Both the position numbers and the translations under genes were made by a program. The notes beneath the pieces were generated by a model. The model was not told the origin of the DNA, ran no database searches, and saw only the letters and a program-made list of their open reading frames with translations. From positions 102,488,001-102,552,000 of the forward strand of contig NW_024704743.1 in assembly GCF_018977255.1 (NCBI RefSeq): a stretch of DNA of 64,000 bases, written 5' to 3'. Shown here piece by piece: positions 49,713 to 62,074 of this stretch. The stretch is from Callorhinchus milii (lineage: Eukaryota). How positions within the stretch are numbered: the stretch's first letter is position 1; each line of letters begins with the position of its first letter.

Positions 49713-52700
49713 TGTAATATCAATATCATGGAGGGGTCATGGACTAATCCGTATAAAATATTGTCCCATACTACTTGTTAAACGATTCACTTTATGTCTC
49801 CGCTTTGAAAAGAGTAATTTGACTCGATACAACTTTTAGAAACAGCTTGTAGCAATGTACAAGGTCAAGTGTAAACTCTCCGGCAAGGCTGAGCATTTCT
49901 CCCACTGCTGCAGTTGAGATATACAATGACTTGGTAGTGGTTGGGCTATTCTCCCAGTCTGTAATTTTATGTGTTTTTCAGTACTGAACTCAACATGCAG
50001 GAGCAGAAAGGATACGTATCCAAGTTCTCTTCAACAGGATCTAGTAATTCAGATCATTAACCCTTCTCTAATGAGTATATTCACATTCCACATATCCCTT
50101 TTTCATGGCTTGTTCACATTTTGGGTTTGGAATAAATAAAATATTGGAAAGACAGAATACTTCAGATTGCTATCACTGATCTAGTTCCCAAATACCATAA
50201 ACAGTTCTTCTTAGTCGTGAATCTTTGGATACCATGATACCAGGGAATTAATCCATACAATACAACAATACAAATTTACATTTATATAGTACATTTCACA
50301 TCAGGAGGATGTCCCAAGGCTCTGGGAAATCCTCAGAAAACAGTATTCGACTACATACAGCTGCGTACAGAACCATTTATGATTTTTTAGGACTTTACAT
50401 AGAAAACGAAGACCAGAGAAGTCTTTGCCTAGTCAAGTTTGATGGATACTAATATTTAGCTTGCTTGCTTCAAATGGCAACTTACTGTAATTGCACATTA
50501 CAAGTAGTAAAGACTTTGTCCAGGTAGAGAGTGCCATTTTAATACAAATTGTCAAATGAGCAATAGATATTGGGTGTTAATTCTTGTTTGAGGGAAAGGT
50601 AGATAGGATCCACTGATACCATTGCAGTGTTGAGTCCCTCTAAAGGCACTAACTTACCTTGATACCTTGTTACAACTTGCATTCATAGAGCATCCTCTAC
50701 ACAAGATAACGCCTCGGAGTGCTGCACAACGATAACAACAGCAAATTACATTTGTATAGCGCTTTTCACATCAGGAGGATGTCCCAAGGTGCCGGTAAAG
50801 TCGGATGCCAAGCCGGGGAGTGGAGAAGAGAGAGTTGATACCATTGCACTGTTAATTGAGTTATGCTAAAGGTCACTAACTCAAACCTGATTTGACCATA
50901 CAATTGAGACAAAAATGTACTACTGAAGGAGATCGATATGTAAAATAGAAGGGATGGGGAGGACGGCAAAATATATTTGGTTTTGTATTTATCGCCACAT
51001 GGTTTACCCCTGGACTCTCAAAGTCTGACTGCTCAGTCCAGAAAGTTACTGAGGCAATTGTAATACAACCTCAGTGGTGCCAGAAAATCAATTTCTCATT
51101 ACTAAGGTTTGCCATTAACAGTTCCTCAGAAATCATCATTGATTAAGGTTACACATCACAGCTACAGCCTTTTGGAACATCAGCTATTGGGAAAGCAATT
51201 TAAAACAAACTTGAACTTTATAGAACAACTTGGTTTACATAACAATGCCAATACCTACAATGACCTCCCGTGTTCCTTATCAGTGCTTATTTCTACACAA
51301 TTAAGACAGGGCTGATCTGGAGCGAGCAAACTAATTGCAGTTCACTCCAGTGAACCTCAAAAATCACTAGGCAGTGAATTAGTCGTGTCACTCTTACATT
51401 CAGGAACACAGCAAAACTTAACGTAAACAGTACAGACACCACAGCACTCAAGCCTGCTGCACTTTCTCATGTTCTCAGGAGAAATGGAATGATTAAGTAA
51501 TGAAATACAATAATTAAAATAATCAATGTGGAAATTATGCTCAGGTTTGGCAGAAATGTTCTATGCAGATGTTCTTTCTTTTAAACAAGAAGCTTTCAGT
51601 AGTCCAAACACTACAGATCAAAGCCTACTTCCGTTATTTCTCAGATATGTGGTTATCACTTGGTTATGTAATAAAATGAATGTCTTTCCCGCATGCTGCA
51701 TGAAAAAGTCTTTCTTTTGTTGTACTGTAATAGAAACTTCACTTTGTTTTCAAATGGTAGAATGAGCTGTTAATCATCCATTGGAAGAACACACGGAACA
51801 CCTTAGTTGAATGTTTCATTGGAAAATTGACACCTCAGACAATGCAGTGCTATCCAAATACTGGACTAGAGTGTCAGCCTAGTCTATGAGCTCAAGAACA
51901 ACCTTCACTCAAACCCTTCACTCTCTCAAGCCTTGATATTCAAACTTTAGATTAGCATTGATCCTCTGTTGTCTTACTAACTGGTACCACTGAAAGTCTA
52001 TAGTTCATGTTTGTTTTATATTTAACTTAAAAAAAACTTAGATGGATCTGAAATTTCCTTTCTTAATTGTTTCCTATTAATATAATGGGGTACAGGAATG
52101 CGACATGGGATGTGATAATTACACTTCACATATTGCATTTCCCTCCCCCAATATTTTTACATTTTGCATGTAAATTGAATAGTACAGCTGGCAACAGTCT
52201 CCAATTAATGACATGGTAGCAATATGTAGGAATATTGAAATATTTAGTCCTGAGAGACATGATTAACAAAGAAAATCTTGGTCAAATTGTGACCTTCATG
52301 AAGATGTCGTTTAAATTTTCTCCAGGCAGACAGCTAATGCAGTCATGTAAAAGCTGCTGCAAGTTAGAAATTCAAACTGTCTAGAGACTGCAATTAGTTT
52401 CACTTAGGTCCATGTCATATCAAGTCATTCTGTCTCTGCACCAAAATGCCAGAGCCTTCAGTCATACATGCTATACCACGTATACCATTAAAATATTAAG
52501 TATTGCTGTACTTTTGCAATACACCAAAAGTTACTTTAAGTGACACAGAATGAATGCAGAATGCAGTTTCTCACTGAGGCAAAATTCTAGATGGACTCAG
52601 GGGCAAATCCATGACTTTCCCTGGTGGGGGAGGTCTGATCTGCGACATTTATTACCAAAGCGAAAGATTGAATTCTTTTAAAAAAAAGATTAAGGAATAT

Positions 52701-53339
52701 AAAAATTGTTAAAAACCGAGAGTGAAATGCTAAATTAACTATATTTCAAGTTTAAAAATGTTTTAAAAGTGTAAACACATATACAAAAAGTATATTGAAC
52801 ATAGTCACAACAGATTCCCAATGAAGAGAAAAACAGCCTACACTTTTTTTCTAATAAAATTATATGTCAACTTGATCAACATCTATATTTAAATATATCT
52901 TATATATATTTGAATTTCCCACTGTCAATAATGCCGGTATTCCCATGTCGGCATCTCAACAACAACAACAACAACAAAATTACATTTATATCTCAGCAGT
53001 TTTTTAAAAAAATAAAGAAAATCTTTGGGCTACTCTATATCCATTGGAGCCTCTGTCCAACCTTATCAGCCAGTGTCACCAAAACACCAAGACAGGTTCT
53101 GATATGTACAGAGATTTTTGGGGCTGTCACATTCAACTAGAAAGTATAGTCATTACAATTTACACTAAGTCCTGTAAATTGCTTTGAGACATGAAATGTG
53201 CACTTATTGTTATTATTATTATTATTACTATTACTATTATTATCATCATTATGAATGCATACAATCACCCTGTCCAATATCTAAATGTGGAGCCACTGTG
53301 GTTATAATCTTATATCTTATTGGAGAATGGGAGTGGATA

Positions 53340-53492
53340 CTTGGCGAACGCGGCAATGCGCACAGCATGTCCCACCGTAGATTGAAATGACCTTATCATG
53401 TTTGTTTTATTATTAGCGTGTGATAAGCTAGTTCGCCTGTTGATTGACTCAGGTCTCTCGCTTGCAAAGCGAGTCTCTACCACTGAGCTACA
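53340..53492 (-). mobile_element. tRNA-Ala-headed SINE with many small deletions
   Basis: actcaggtctctcgcttgcaaagcgag...ccactgagctacag matches the young consensus, with the rest collapsed. Confidence 0.75.
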
Positions 53493-53629
53493 GAACAGAA
53501 ATGCATGACTGTCCAACTCGAAGTTTGAAACAAAATCAATCAGAACATAAGAATCTAGAAAAAGAACAAGTCTATCTAGTTCACCTTCCTTGGTATCCTT
53601 ATATTTGTTGTTAAACATAAAAAAATAAG

Positions 53630-53765
53630 ATTTGGCTGGAAAATTCTTAAATACAGTCTTTATGTTGAAACCAGTTTCCTTTTGAGAACAACAGAAAATC
53701 CGGTAATCTAATTCAAGACTAAAGAAAATAATTTGTCAAAATTTGCATGTTCTGAAATGTTAAGA
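53630..53765. mobile_element. MITE internal fragment
   Basis: cagaaaatcc...aagactaaa...aatttgtcaaaatttg...tctgaaatgtt resembles 46070-46140. Confidence 0.45.
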
Positions 53766-53814
53766 ACCAAGCGTGATACTGTCTCTACAAGAACACTACA
53801 CATGCTTGCTTTCA

Positions 53815-54010
53815 AACAGCTGTCACTGAATAGCAATAAGTGAGAACCATGGTTAGTTTTACCTACCTAGCCCACAGGTTCGTGAGTTGAATTGTAGCAC
53901 CACCATAGCTACCCTGCAATGAGATCAGCTCACTCAGCGCAGACCTGGGATCAAAACTAAGACCTTATGAGTAAGACTCAACTTCATATTAGACAGTTGG
54001 TTTGCCAATG
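53815..54010 (-). mobile_element. Ancient SINE-like repeat (same family as 5530)
   Basis: aattgtagcacc...gagatcagctcactcagcgcagacc. Confidence 0.6.
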
Positions 54011-55047
54011 AAACCAGCCTAGGTTTAAGTGCAAAGTGTTTTTTGTGGGTTAATTTTGATTTGCTTTCGATGTTGGCTTTGTGTTTTAAAACCAGATTAT
54101 TGAGTTGAAACAGACTTCAGAGATCTACAGAATTCCATTGACAGAAACTGTATGTTTCTGAATTATCTTGGTGTACTAAAGATTGACAGGTAACGTCAAA
54201 ATAATTTATATTCCTAATTTGTATCTTGTAGCAGTAGTACTAGGATTAGTAAAAGTAGCAATGTTAGATTATTTAAGAGTTCACAAGTGAAATGGAACCA
54301 ACTTGCAATGCATTATTATCTCAGTCAGCTTATCTGTGTTTTAGATAATAAACCAATTGCATTGATAAAAACAATTGATCATATATCTGTCAATGAATAT
54401 TTCAAATATGAGCTAAATTCCATTCTGGTTATTGTTAAAAGAAACCAGTGGAGCTTATTATTTGATTGACAACTTTGACAACTGCAAGGACAGCTGCTGA
54501 TACTGAGTCTTTCAGGGCAGGTTACACATTCTCAAGAATTGACTCAGAAAGGAGGGCAGTTTGACAGGCAATTAATGTTTTAAAAACTCTAGGCAGACTT
54601 TTGTGTTGAGACTTTTAAGGACACTCTACTTTATTTATTAATGTGATTCCAAAGTCTGCCCGAATTTTAAAGTGCAATAATTTAACATTTATCTGACATA
54701 TGAGCAATTTAATCGCTAATTTGTACAAACTCAACAAAGGTTGCTTTAAAAATATGCTAAAGCATAAATGCATTTTAGTGATCCTGAATTCTGAATGATA
54801 CAAATAATGCAGAAATAAGAGAAAATAAGTTTAAGGTTTCAAGACAGGTTGATATATTTTTTAAGAAGAAAGTTGTTAGAATATGCAATGCTTACAATAG
54901 CCGACAAATTCACAGTCACTGCGCTTTACTGTAGATCCCTTGAATCACTTTCAGACATGCTCCTCACATGAAAGAAACTTTTAGAACAAGATTAGAATTT
55001 TTTTAATATTATTTTCCACAACTGGCAATTGAGACTAAGATCATAAT

Positions 55048-55538
55048 ACAACAGCACCAAGTTGCATTTATATAGTGCTTTCCATGCAAGGTAGCTTCTC
55101 AGAGCGCTTAACAGTGGCGGAGCCTGACTCAGAGCCGGGGGTAGGAGGGGAGGTGACTGCAAGCATGGTTGAAAAGGAAGGTTTCCAAGTGGGACTTGAA
55201 AAGGGGAGAGAGGGGGCAAGCCAGAGAGATTGAGGGAGAGTGTTCCAGAGATTTGGGCATAGTAGCTGGATGCACGACCTCGAATGGTGGAGTGGAGGGC
55301 GCGAGGGACAAGCAGGAGGCCGGTACCAGTCGAGTGGAGGTGCTGGGTGGTGGATTGGGGAGTGAGGAGGTCAGAGAGGTAGGGAGATGCCAGGGAGTGA
55401 AGGGATTTGAACACGAGTGTGAATATCTTGAAGTTGAACTGCTCGGTGATGGGGAGCCAGCGGATCCTGGCCAGAACTGGTGAGATGGGGGTACAGAGGT
55501 CGGTTTGGGTAAGTATGTGGGCCGCAGAATTCTGAATG
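55048..55538 (-). mobile_element. L2 LINE 3' fragment
   Basis: IQNSAAHILT...ISPVLARIRWLPITEQFNFKIFTLVFKSLHSLASPYLSDLL (ORF 54992-55627). Confidence 0.9.
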
Positions 55539-56960
55539 AGAACTCTAAAGTGGCATGACTGTATTTCGTGGGAAAGAAATACACAAATATAGTTCCAGAA
55601 ACATAGGCTTAATGGCAGGCAAAGCATTGTACTGATGTTTATATAATTCCATTTAAAAGCTTGTCATCTGGTATCTCTATCCTTAATACCTTTCCTCCAT
55701 TGAAGTTGTACCTGTCTCAGTTTTTTAATCAATTCTATAAGATGCTATGCAGATGTAATTTATTGTTGTTGATCTTTACTTCTCTGATTTTCTTCTTTTT
55801 TTCTTCTCAAATTTCAAATATATTATTGCGTACAGTCTCCCAAGCATCTTGGCTGTATTCAAATCAAACTCATCGCGTTGGCAGTTGTCATCAAGGTCAT
55901 TATGTTGCTTTACCATCATCCCCACCATTTCTAAGTCTGTATCCAGACAACGTTCTTTGATTTGATTGAGACAGTAGGGGAATGACACATACCTTAGTTT
56001 CTACTGGTGCTTCTCTATTTTCAAGTGACTGAAGGTTGACATGCCCTTCAATGCACCCTCTTGCTTTGAGGAGATGTGCTTCCACCTCCCTTCCCCCTGA
56101 AGCCCAGCTAAGATTGAGAACTGACCTTGTTTAAATTCCGAACTGACAATTCAGCATTCTTGTATTCTTACTCAGCTTGCTGTTATATTTGTTTCCCGAC
56201 CACTAAAAACCGTAATCTCTTAATTGTTATACAGTCTGCTCAATTTAACATCAATACTGATGGAAGCAAGTTCTGATACATAGCCAATTTTCTCCACGTA
56301 TCGATTTTTCTTCATTGATATCCAATGGAACCAGTTATTCCCTTATTGCATTTTGTTTGAATCTTTATGGCAAGAATTATGGTATTGACGATCAGGCCAT
56401 GTCACCACGTAATCCTGAAATATTCTTTTGATATTGAGTCGAATCAAAAATTAATTATTTACTCTCCCAAAGAAAAGTTGCTTTTAAAGGACTCCACTAT
56501 CATTCTACTCCTGAAATCTGCTGATTACTTCACACAGTGAAACTTTTGTGGTATTTCATTATTTGGAGGTAAGAGACACTAAATTGAATCAGGGATTCAA
56601 GACTGGGTCCTAACCATGTTTTTTCTTGGATGAATGCACTTCCCATTAACTGCTGCACAGGGAAAATTCATTTCAAATTTCAAAATACTGAGAAAGAGAA
56701 GTTTCATTAATAGGTTCAGAACATGTAAGCTGGTACGTTCTGTCACTGCTCTGCACCACTAGAGTCCGAAATCCAAGACAGCCCTAAACTACATATGGCT
56801 GATACTTGCTCCTCTGTGGCTACCTTATATGGTACACACTTTGCCAATTGATTTTTAAGATATCATACATATATACATATGTAGCAAAATTCCTACTATA
56901 AACCCATTGTTGTTGTAGTGTGCAACCATGGAGGCTACTTCAGTAGATGATACATGACCT

Positions 56961-57016
56961 GGCAGACAACATGTTTGCACTGCTTGGTAAGCACATGCAA
57001 ACATGTTATATCTGCC
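56961..57016. repeat. Isolated near-perfect hairpin
   Basis: ggcagacaacatgtttgca-c-tgctt-ggt-aagca-ca-tgcaaacatgttatatctgcc. Confidence 0.75.
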
Positions 57017-57639
57017 TACTGGTATATCACCCAGTATAAGACACGTGTAATGCTTTATAGAGGATTACAATTATTTATCATTTTGTATTCCTTATGGATC
57101 CAATAAATATATATTGCTGCCAGCCATCAAAATCTTTCACTGTCAAATTAAATGCATCACTTTTAGGAGGAGGCGGTTGCAATTTTTGTGTTCCTCAAAT
57201 GATTCAATGTATAATTAAAGTCACCCCATCCCCCCATCTGATGTTCCCTCACTATTAGTACAGAAAGTTTCCATTTGAGTACACCAACATTTTGAATCCT
57301 ATTGTACAGGTAATTTCTTGGAGTTTGCCCCTGAACAACCATTTTTTAATCATAATTTATTGTAAGTGAAGCTGAAAGGCAGCCACTCTCCCTGGGACAC
57401 GTCTGGTGACAATATCACTAACTGATCAACAAAGTCACGGACAAAGAAATTTTAGTCAAATGTTTACCAAGACAATTAATTACTTACAGAATATTTCAGA
57501 ATTTGTTTTTGTTGCAGATGCTGAAGAGTTTATCCCACATACATCTTGATAAGCTTTTAAGTCCCCATGGTTGTGCATTATGTCCTTACCAAACAACAAC
57601 AAAAAAATGTGCATTTACAAAGTGCCCTTTATGTAGGAC

Positions 57640-58180
57640 AGCAAGGAGAATTGCTGGCCAAGACACTAGACTCTTTTCAAATAATGTCATGGAATTTTAA
57701 AGTTCACCTGAACGGTCACAGATGGGACCTTATCAACTTCAAAGCCCTCCATGGTCTTGCTCCCCCCACCTCTGTGACCTCCTAATCCCCTACCATCTTG
57801 CTCGCTTTCTCCGCTCAGCGGACTCTGACCTGCTTCACGTCCCCCGCCTCGAACTATTGGTGGATGGGCCTTCTGCCACTCTGCCCCAGCCTCTGAAACT
57901 CCATCCCACAGTCCCTTCACCTCGTCCCCTCCCTTGCCACTTTCAAGACCCATCTCAAGATCCTCCTCTTCGACCGTGTCTTCGATCTCCCTGCTTCCCC
58001 CCCTGACCTCCCCGACCCCGACCCCTAGCTCGGGTCCGAAACTCTTTCTGTCCAGTGCCTTGGGACATCCTCCCGACATGAAAGGCGCTATACAAATGTA
58101 ATTTTGTTGTTGATGTTGTTGTTAAACATCTCATTAGAAAGACGGCACCTTCAGTAATGCAGCGCTCCCCCAGCATTGTA
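57640..58180 (-). mobile_element. DeuSINE split by an L2 insertion
   Basis: ttcacctgaac...gatgggacct then, after the L2, ttaaacatctcattagaaagacggcacc. Confidence 0.7.
57731..58122 (+). mobile_element. L2 3' fragment
   Basis: NFKALHGLAP; gggacatcctcccgacatgaaaggcgctatacaaatgtaattttgttg tail. Confidence 0.88.
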
Positions 58181-58797
58181 AAGAGTACGGAATATAAATA
58201 TCTGGGTGATTTGGGGAGTTCATATTACAAGAATAAATTTATTGTAATATTTGAGTAGTTTCATTGTGTAATATTGATCATCACAATATGGAAACATGCC
58301 ATGGTTAACTGACCGAGCAATCTAAGGGTAAAAAGTTTGCAGCTCCTCAATCAGCTTGTCTTGTTTACAACAATTATTTATGTATGACCCTGAACCCCAC
58401 TTCCATGAAGCATATTAATATTTTAAATGCATCTTGTGTATTTCCAGCTGCAAACAGCTCTACTTTCTTAAGCATTCTGCTTAAGATAAAGAAGCCTCTC
58501 TGGATAGGAGTTATTTTAATTAATAAACTTTGTGACAGATAAACAAAAAAAAGAAAATGTTTTAAATAATTTATAGCTCAATTTGAAAAAAAATAGATTT
58601 GACAGTGATGAAATTATTTATGATTGAAAGATGAATACCAAAGTTTATGTCAGTTTCCTGAAAAATCTTAATACACAATTTATAACTAACTCATTTCCCA
58701 TGTTTTTCTCTTCTCAACGTTCATTCTACATGCTCTAAATTTTGTTCCATTTGCTTTGAGAAAACTCAGCTTCCTTATATTCGTAGGAATTGCTGAA

Positions 58798-59008
58798 TTA
58801 AAATTCTACCTTGGTCTAAATTTATTCTGTGAATGTAGCATTTCAGTTTGTCCACTATTTGCAAATTGATAAATTCAATCTTAATTTTTAAGATGTTTTA
58901 TTGTAGTTTATTAAAACAAGACTCACAGAAAAAATATCTTCAAAATGAAAGCTGAATTTAAGAATTGACCAAATTCTGACATGCCAAAATGTTATGTTAA
59001 TAGAGTTC
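58798..59008. mobile_element. MITE family copy
   Basis: aaattctaccttggtctaaatttattct...ccaaattctga...aatgttatgttaatagagt. Confidence 0.65.
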
Positions 59009-59339
59009 CCACAGGAAGAGAATCACAGTGGTTGAAGTGTTGGCCACCATTGATGGAGCAGAAGGAGTGGGAAGCTGAGTAATAGATTAGAATCAGGAGT
59101 GGACAGCAGACGAGAGCTGGATTAGCAGAGGTAAAAAGCTGGTTAAGCTCCAGCAATATCCCAAAGCATTGTGCGGTCCCCACGTCTTGGCTTTTGCAAA
59201 TTTGTGCCTATGGAACTAAGCAGAGAGACAATGTTCATTCCATTCCAGACACAGGAAATTTTTCCATGTGTGAAACTATTTCTGGTTTGGATACTTTTAA
59301 ACATGTTGATGGATTTCCACATATGGCAAACTGAACAAA

Positions 59340-59505
59340 AATATAGAAACTGGAATAGGGCATTTAGTCTGAAAAACCTGCTCTGCTATTTTCTTAGATG
59401 GTGTCTGATCTACAACTCAATACCATTTGCCTGCCTTTTCTCTGTACCCCCCAATACCATTATTAGCCATACTAACATAAGGTTGATCTCAGTGCTGAAT
59501 ATTCA
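59340..59505 (-). mobile_element. CR1 3' tail, old
   Basis: atagaaactggaatagggcatttag...cctgctctgcta...ctgatc. Confidence 0.5.
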
Positions 59506-61584
59506 GATTCATTTTCTTCCAGTCTACTGGAACTAAATTTATTTGACGACAAAGTACATGTTTTCTTCCCTTTGTTGGCATCATTTATCCCTCTACTTCC
59601 TGTTAAAATTTATTAATTCTTAAACCAATTCTACAATTTCTGCATTAGGGAATAATTTATCAATAAGTTAAGAACTGTTGGTGTGTTTGTGATTCATATG
59701 CAGTTTGTGATTTTCAGAGATTAGAATGGTTTCCGCTGGCCATGTTTCTCTGCAATGTAATCTGTGCTATTATGTACCCTTCAAACTGCCCCACTCTATA
59801 TAAATGCAAGTTGCTGTTGTTTCACCAAAAATATCTTCCCTACATTCAGCCCAAAAATACCGATCATGGTTCTGTAACATTCCTGAAGGAGAATTCCATG
59901 TGCCTAAACTGACTGCTGAACCAGCAGGCTTTGCAAGATCATGTGCTTCAGGGATTAAGGGAAGGATGGCAAAAGAATTGTACCTGTGCTTGAGGCCATC
60001 CAAGGGTGGTGTGTGGGAATCAAAGATGAAGCCAGGTCATCTCATTGGCCATTTGGTGTGTTTCCCAGGTCAGAGGGTCACTGGGTAATAAAAGGTGAGG
60101 CTACTTAAGGTGGTACTGATTGAGGGTATTGTACAACAGTTGTCATTCGGGTCCAGGATCTCTCTCTATCTGTATGTCCAGCCTGAACCAGATCATTGCC
60201 TGAGCTCTCTAAGGCGCCTGACTCCATATGGGCAAATCCCTGGATGAAGACTTTCAGGAAAATCTAGTTGCTTTGTATTGGATCATCAGGGTAGTCAAAG
60301 TACATTCTTCTGTTCTTGTCATAATCTGGTACCTCGCTCTTTCTGCCCTCACCTGCTTTGCAGGAATTTACTACCAATTTGTTTTGAGTAGTTTTAGACC
60401 ATCTTGTTAAGAAGATGCATTATTTGAGGCTGTCCGTGACTGGTAAGGGTTACCTGCTTTAACCTGCAAAGCTCTTTATCAGTACTCAACTCATCTCAGG
60501 GTTATATTACAGTTTTAATGTGTGAACACTGGGCAAAAAAAATTACAACACGGGGACATGGACTCAAGCACAGAAGAAGGAACAGATGAACTGTGATTTA
60601 ATTATTTTACATACACATGGTGCTGCATATATGGAGTAGATTAGTTAAGAGGGAGGTGAAGCCAGACTGTTTGAAAGTTAAAGGGGAATTAAGTTACCAT
60701 TGGTGAAGATATCAATTGAGTGGTGTGAAAGATAGTGTGCATGCATCACCTATAAATCTTTTCACCCCCAAGTGCCACTCTAGCTCTGATCTTCTTCTAC
60801 CCCACTCTTCTTCTCATCCCGGCTTACTTATCTCTTTGACTACAGCACTGTTTTCTTAACATAAAATCTTCAGCCAAACTGTGATAATGATACTGTATCC
60901 TACAAAACATGCTTATTTGACTGTCTTGTTTACAATGAAATCTGATTTTTCCTTGAGTTGATTTCCATTAGCTAATAATTGTGACTTGGAACGGTTGGTA
61001 CTTTAAAGCAGCTTCACTGAGTTCCACTCCCTACAGGTGACACCAGCTGGAATATACTACACCATCTGCTACACATGGATCATCAATCCAACCTTGGCAG
61101 GAATGTTTAATAAACATCCTGAAATCTGTAAAGAAAACAGGGGTTTTCTTCACAGTGTTCCAGAATCAAATTTTTCTGGTGTGATTAATTCAGTTTTGCA
61201 TTTCAGACTCACCAATATTCATCCTTATTTAAACAGTGACATAGCAGATGATCAATAACTCTTCATAACAGAATAACACCTCATTCTGAATATAAAAAAA
61301 AACAAGAGACTAAGCAGCCAGATGGTATGAGGTTCAAAGATATATAGTGCCAGCACACGTATGATGTAACTGCAGATGTTAGGGAAAATAAATGCCATAA
61401 CAGATGGCTTATTACTTTGGTATTGCAGGATACTGCATGGTTTTCTAGTTTTATATTTAAGAATGCATCACAGTACATATTTGTGATGTCTGCTGGTATT
61501 ATATGGTAATGGATTTATTTGCAAGATTCATTTGTAAGAATTTTGCTTTGATTTGTTTGTTTTCAAACATAATTCTCGATTTTT

Positions 61585-62025
61585 CAAGATCCTCATCCTC
61601 ACCTACAATGCCATTCACAGCCTTGCTTCCTCCTACCTCTCCGACCTACTATTCCCTTACCTACCTGCCCATACCCTCTGTTCCTCTGGCTCCGGTCTGC
61701 TCCACATCCCCCGCCCCAACCGCCCTACCATCGGTGGCCGGGCCTTCAGCCTCTCAGCCCCTAGGCTCTAGAACTCTATCCCCCAGTGCCTTCGCCTTGC
61801 CTCCTCCCTTTCCTCCTTCAAGGCCGGTCTCAAGACCTTTCTCTTTGACCGTGCCTTCAGCTCCCCTCTCAACTCTCTACCCCTTCCTCGCTCCCTCCCT
61901 TCCCTTCCCTCACCCTGACCATTTCCTCCCTGCTCGGGTCCTGACCCAACTGTACAGCATCTTGGGACGTCCTTCCGATGTGAAAGGCGCTCTATAAATG
62001 GAATCTTGTTGTTGTTGTTGTTGTA
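61585..62025 (+). mobile_element. L2 3' fragment
   Basis: FKILILTYNAIHSLASSYLSDLL...TIGGRAFSLSAPRL; (ttg)n tail. Confidence 0.9.
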
Positions 62026-62074
62026 ATTGCTGCAATCGTTTTTGACTTTCTCAAGATGTACATTGTAATTATCA

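Noticed and set aside
54992..55627. 211-aa ORF
   Set aside because: The core is L2 ORF2 C-terminus and the flanks are non-coding read-through.
55992..56097. Minus-strand exon ending AAG/gtatgt
   Set aside because: Strong donor but weak acceptor and an unrecognised peptide; cannot be supported.
59900..60400. Coding-like GC-balanced stretch
   Set aside because: Stops in the frames I examined and no recognisable motif; may be an old unclassified repeat.
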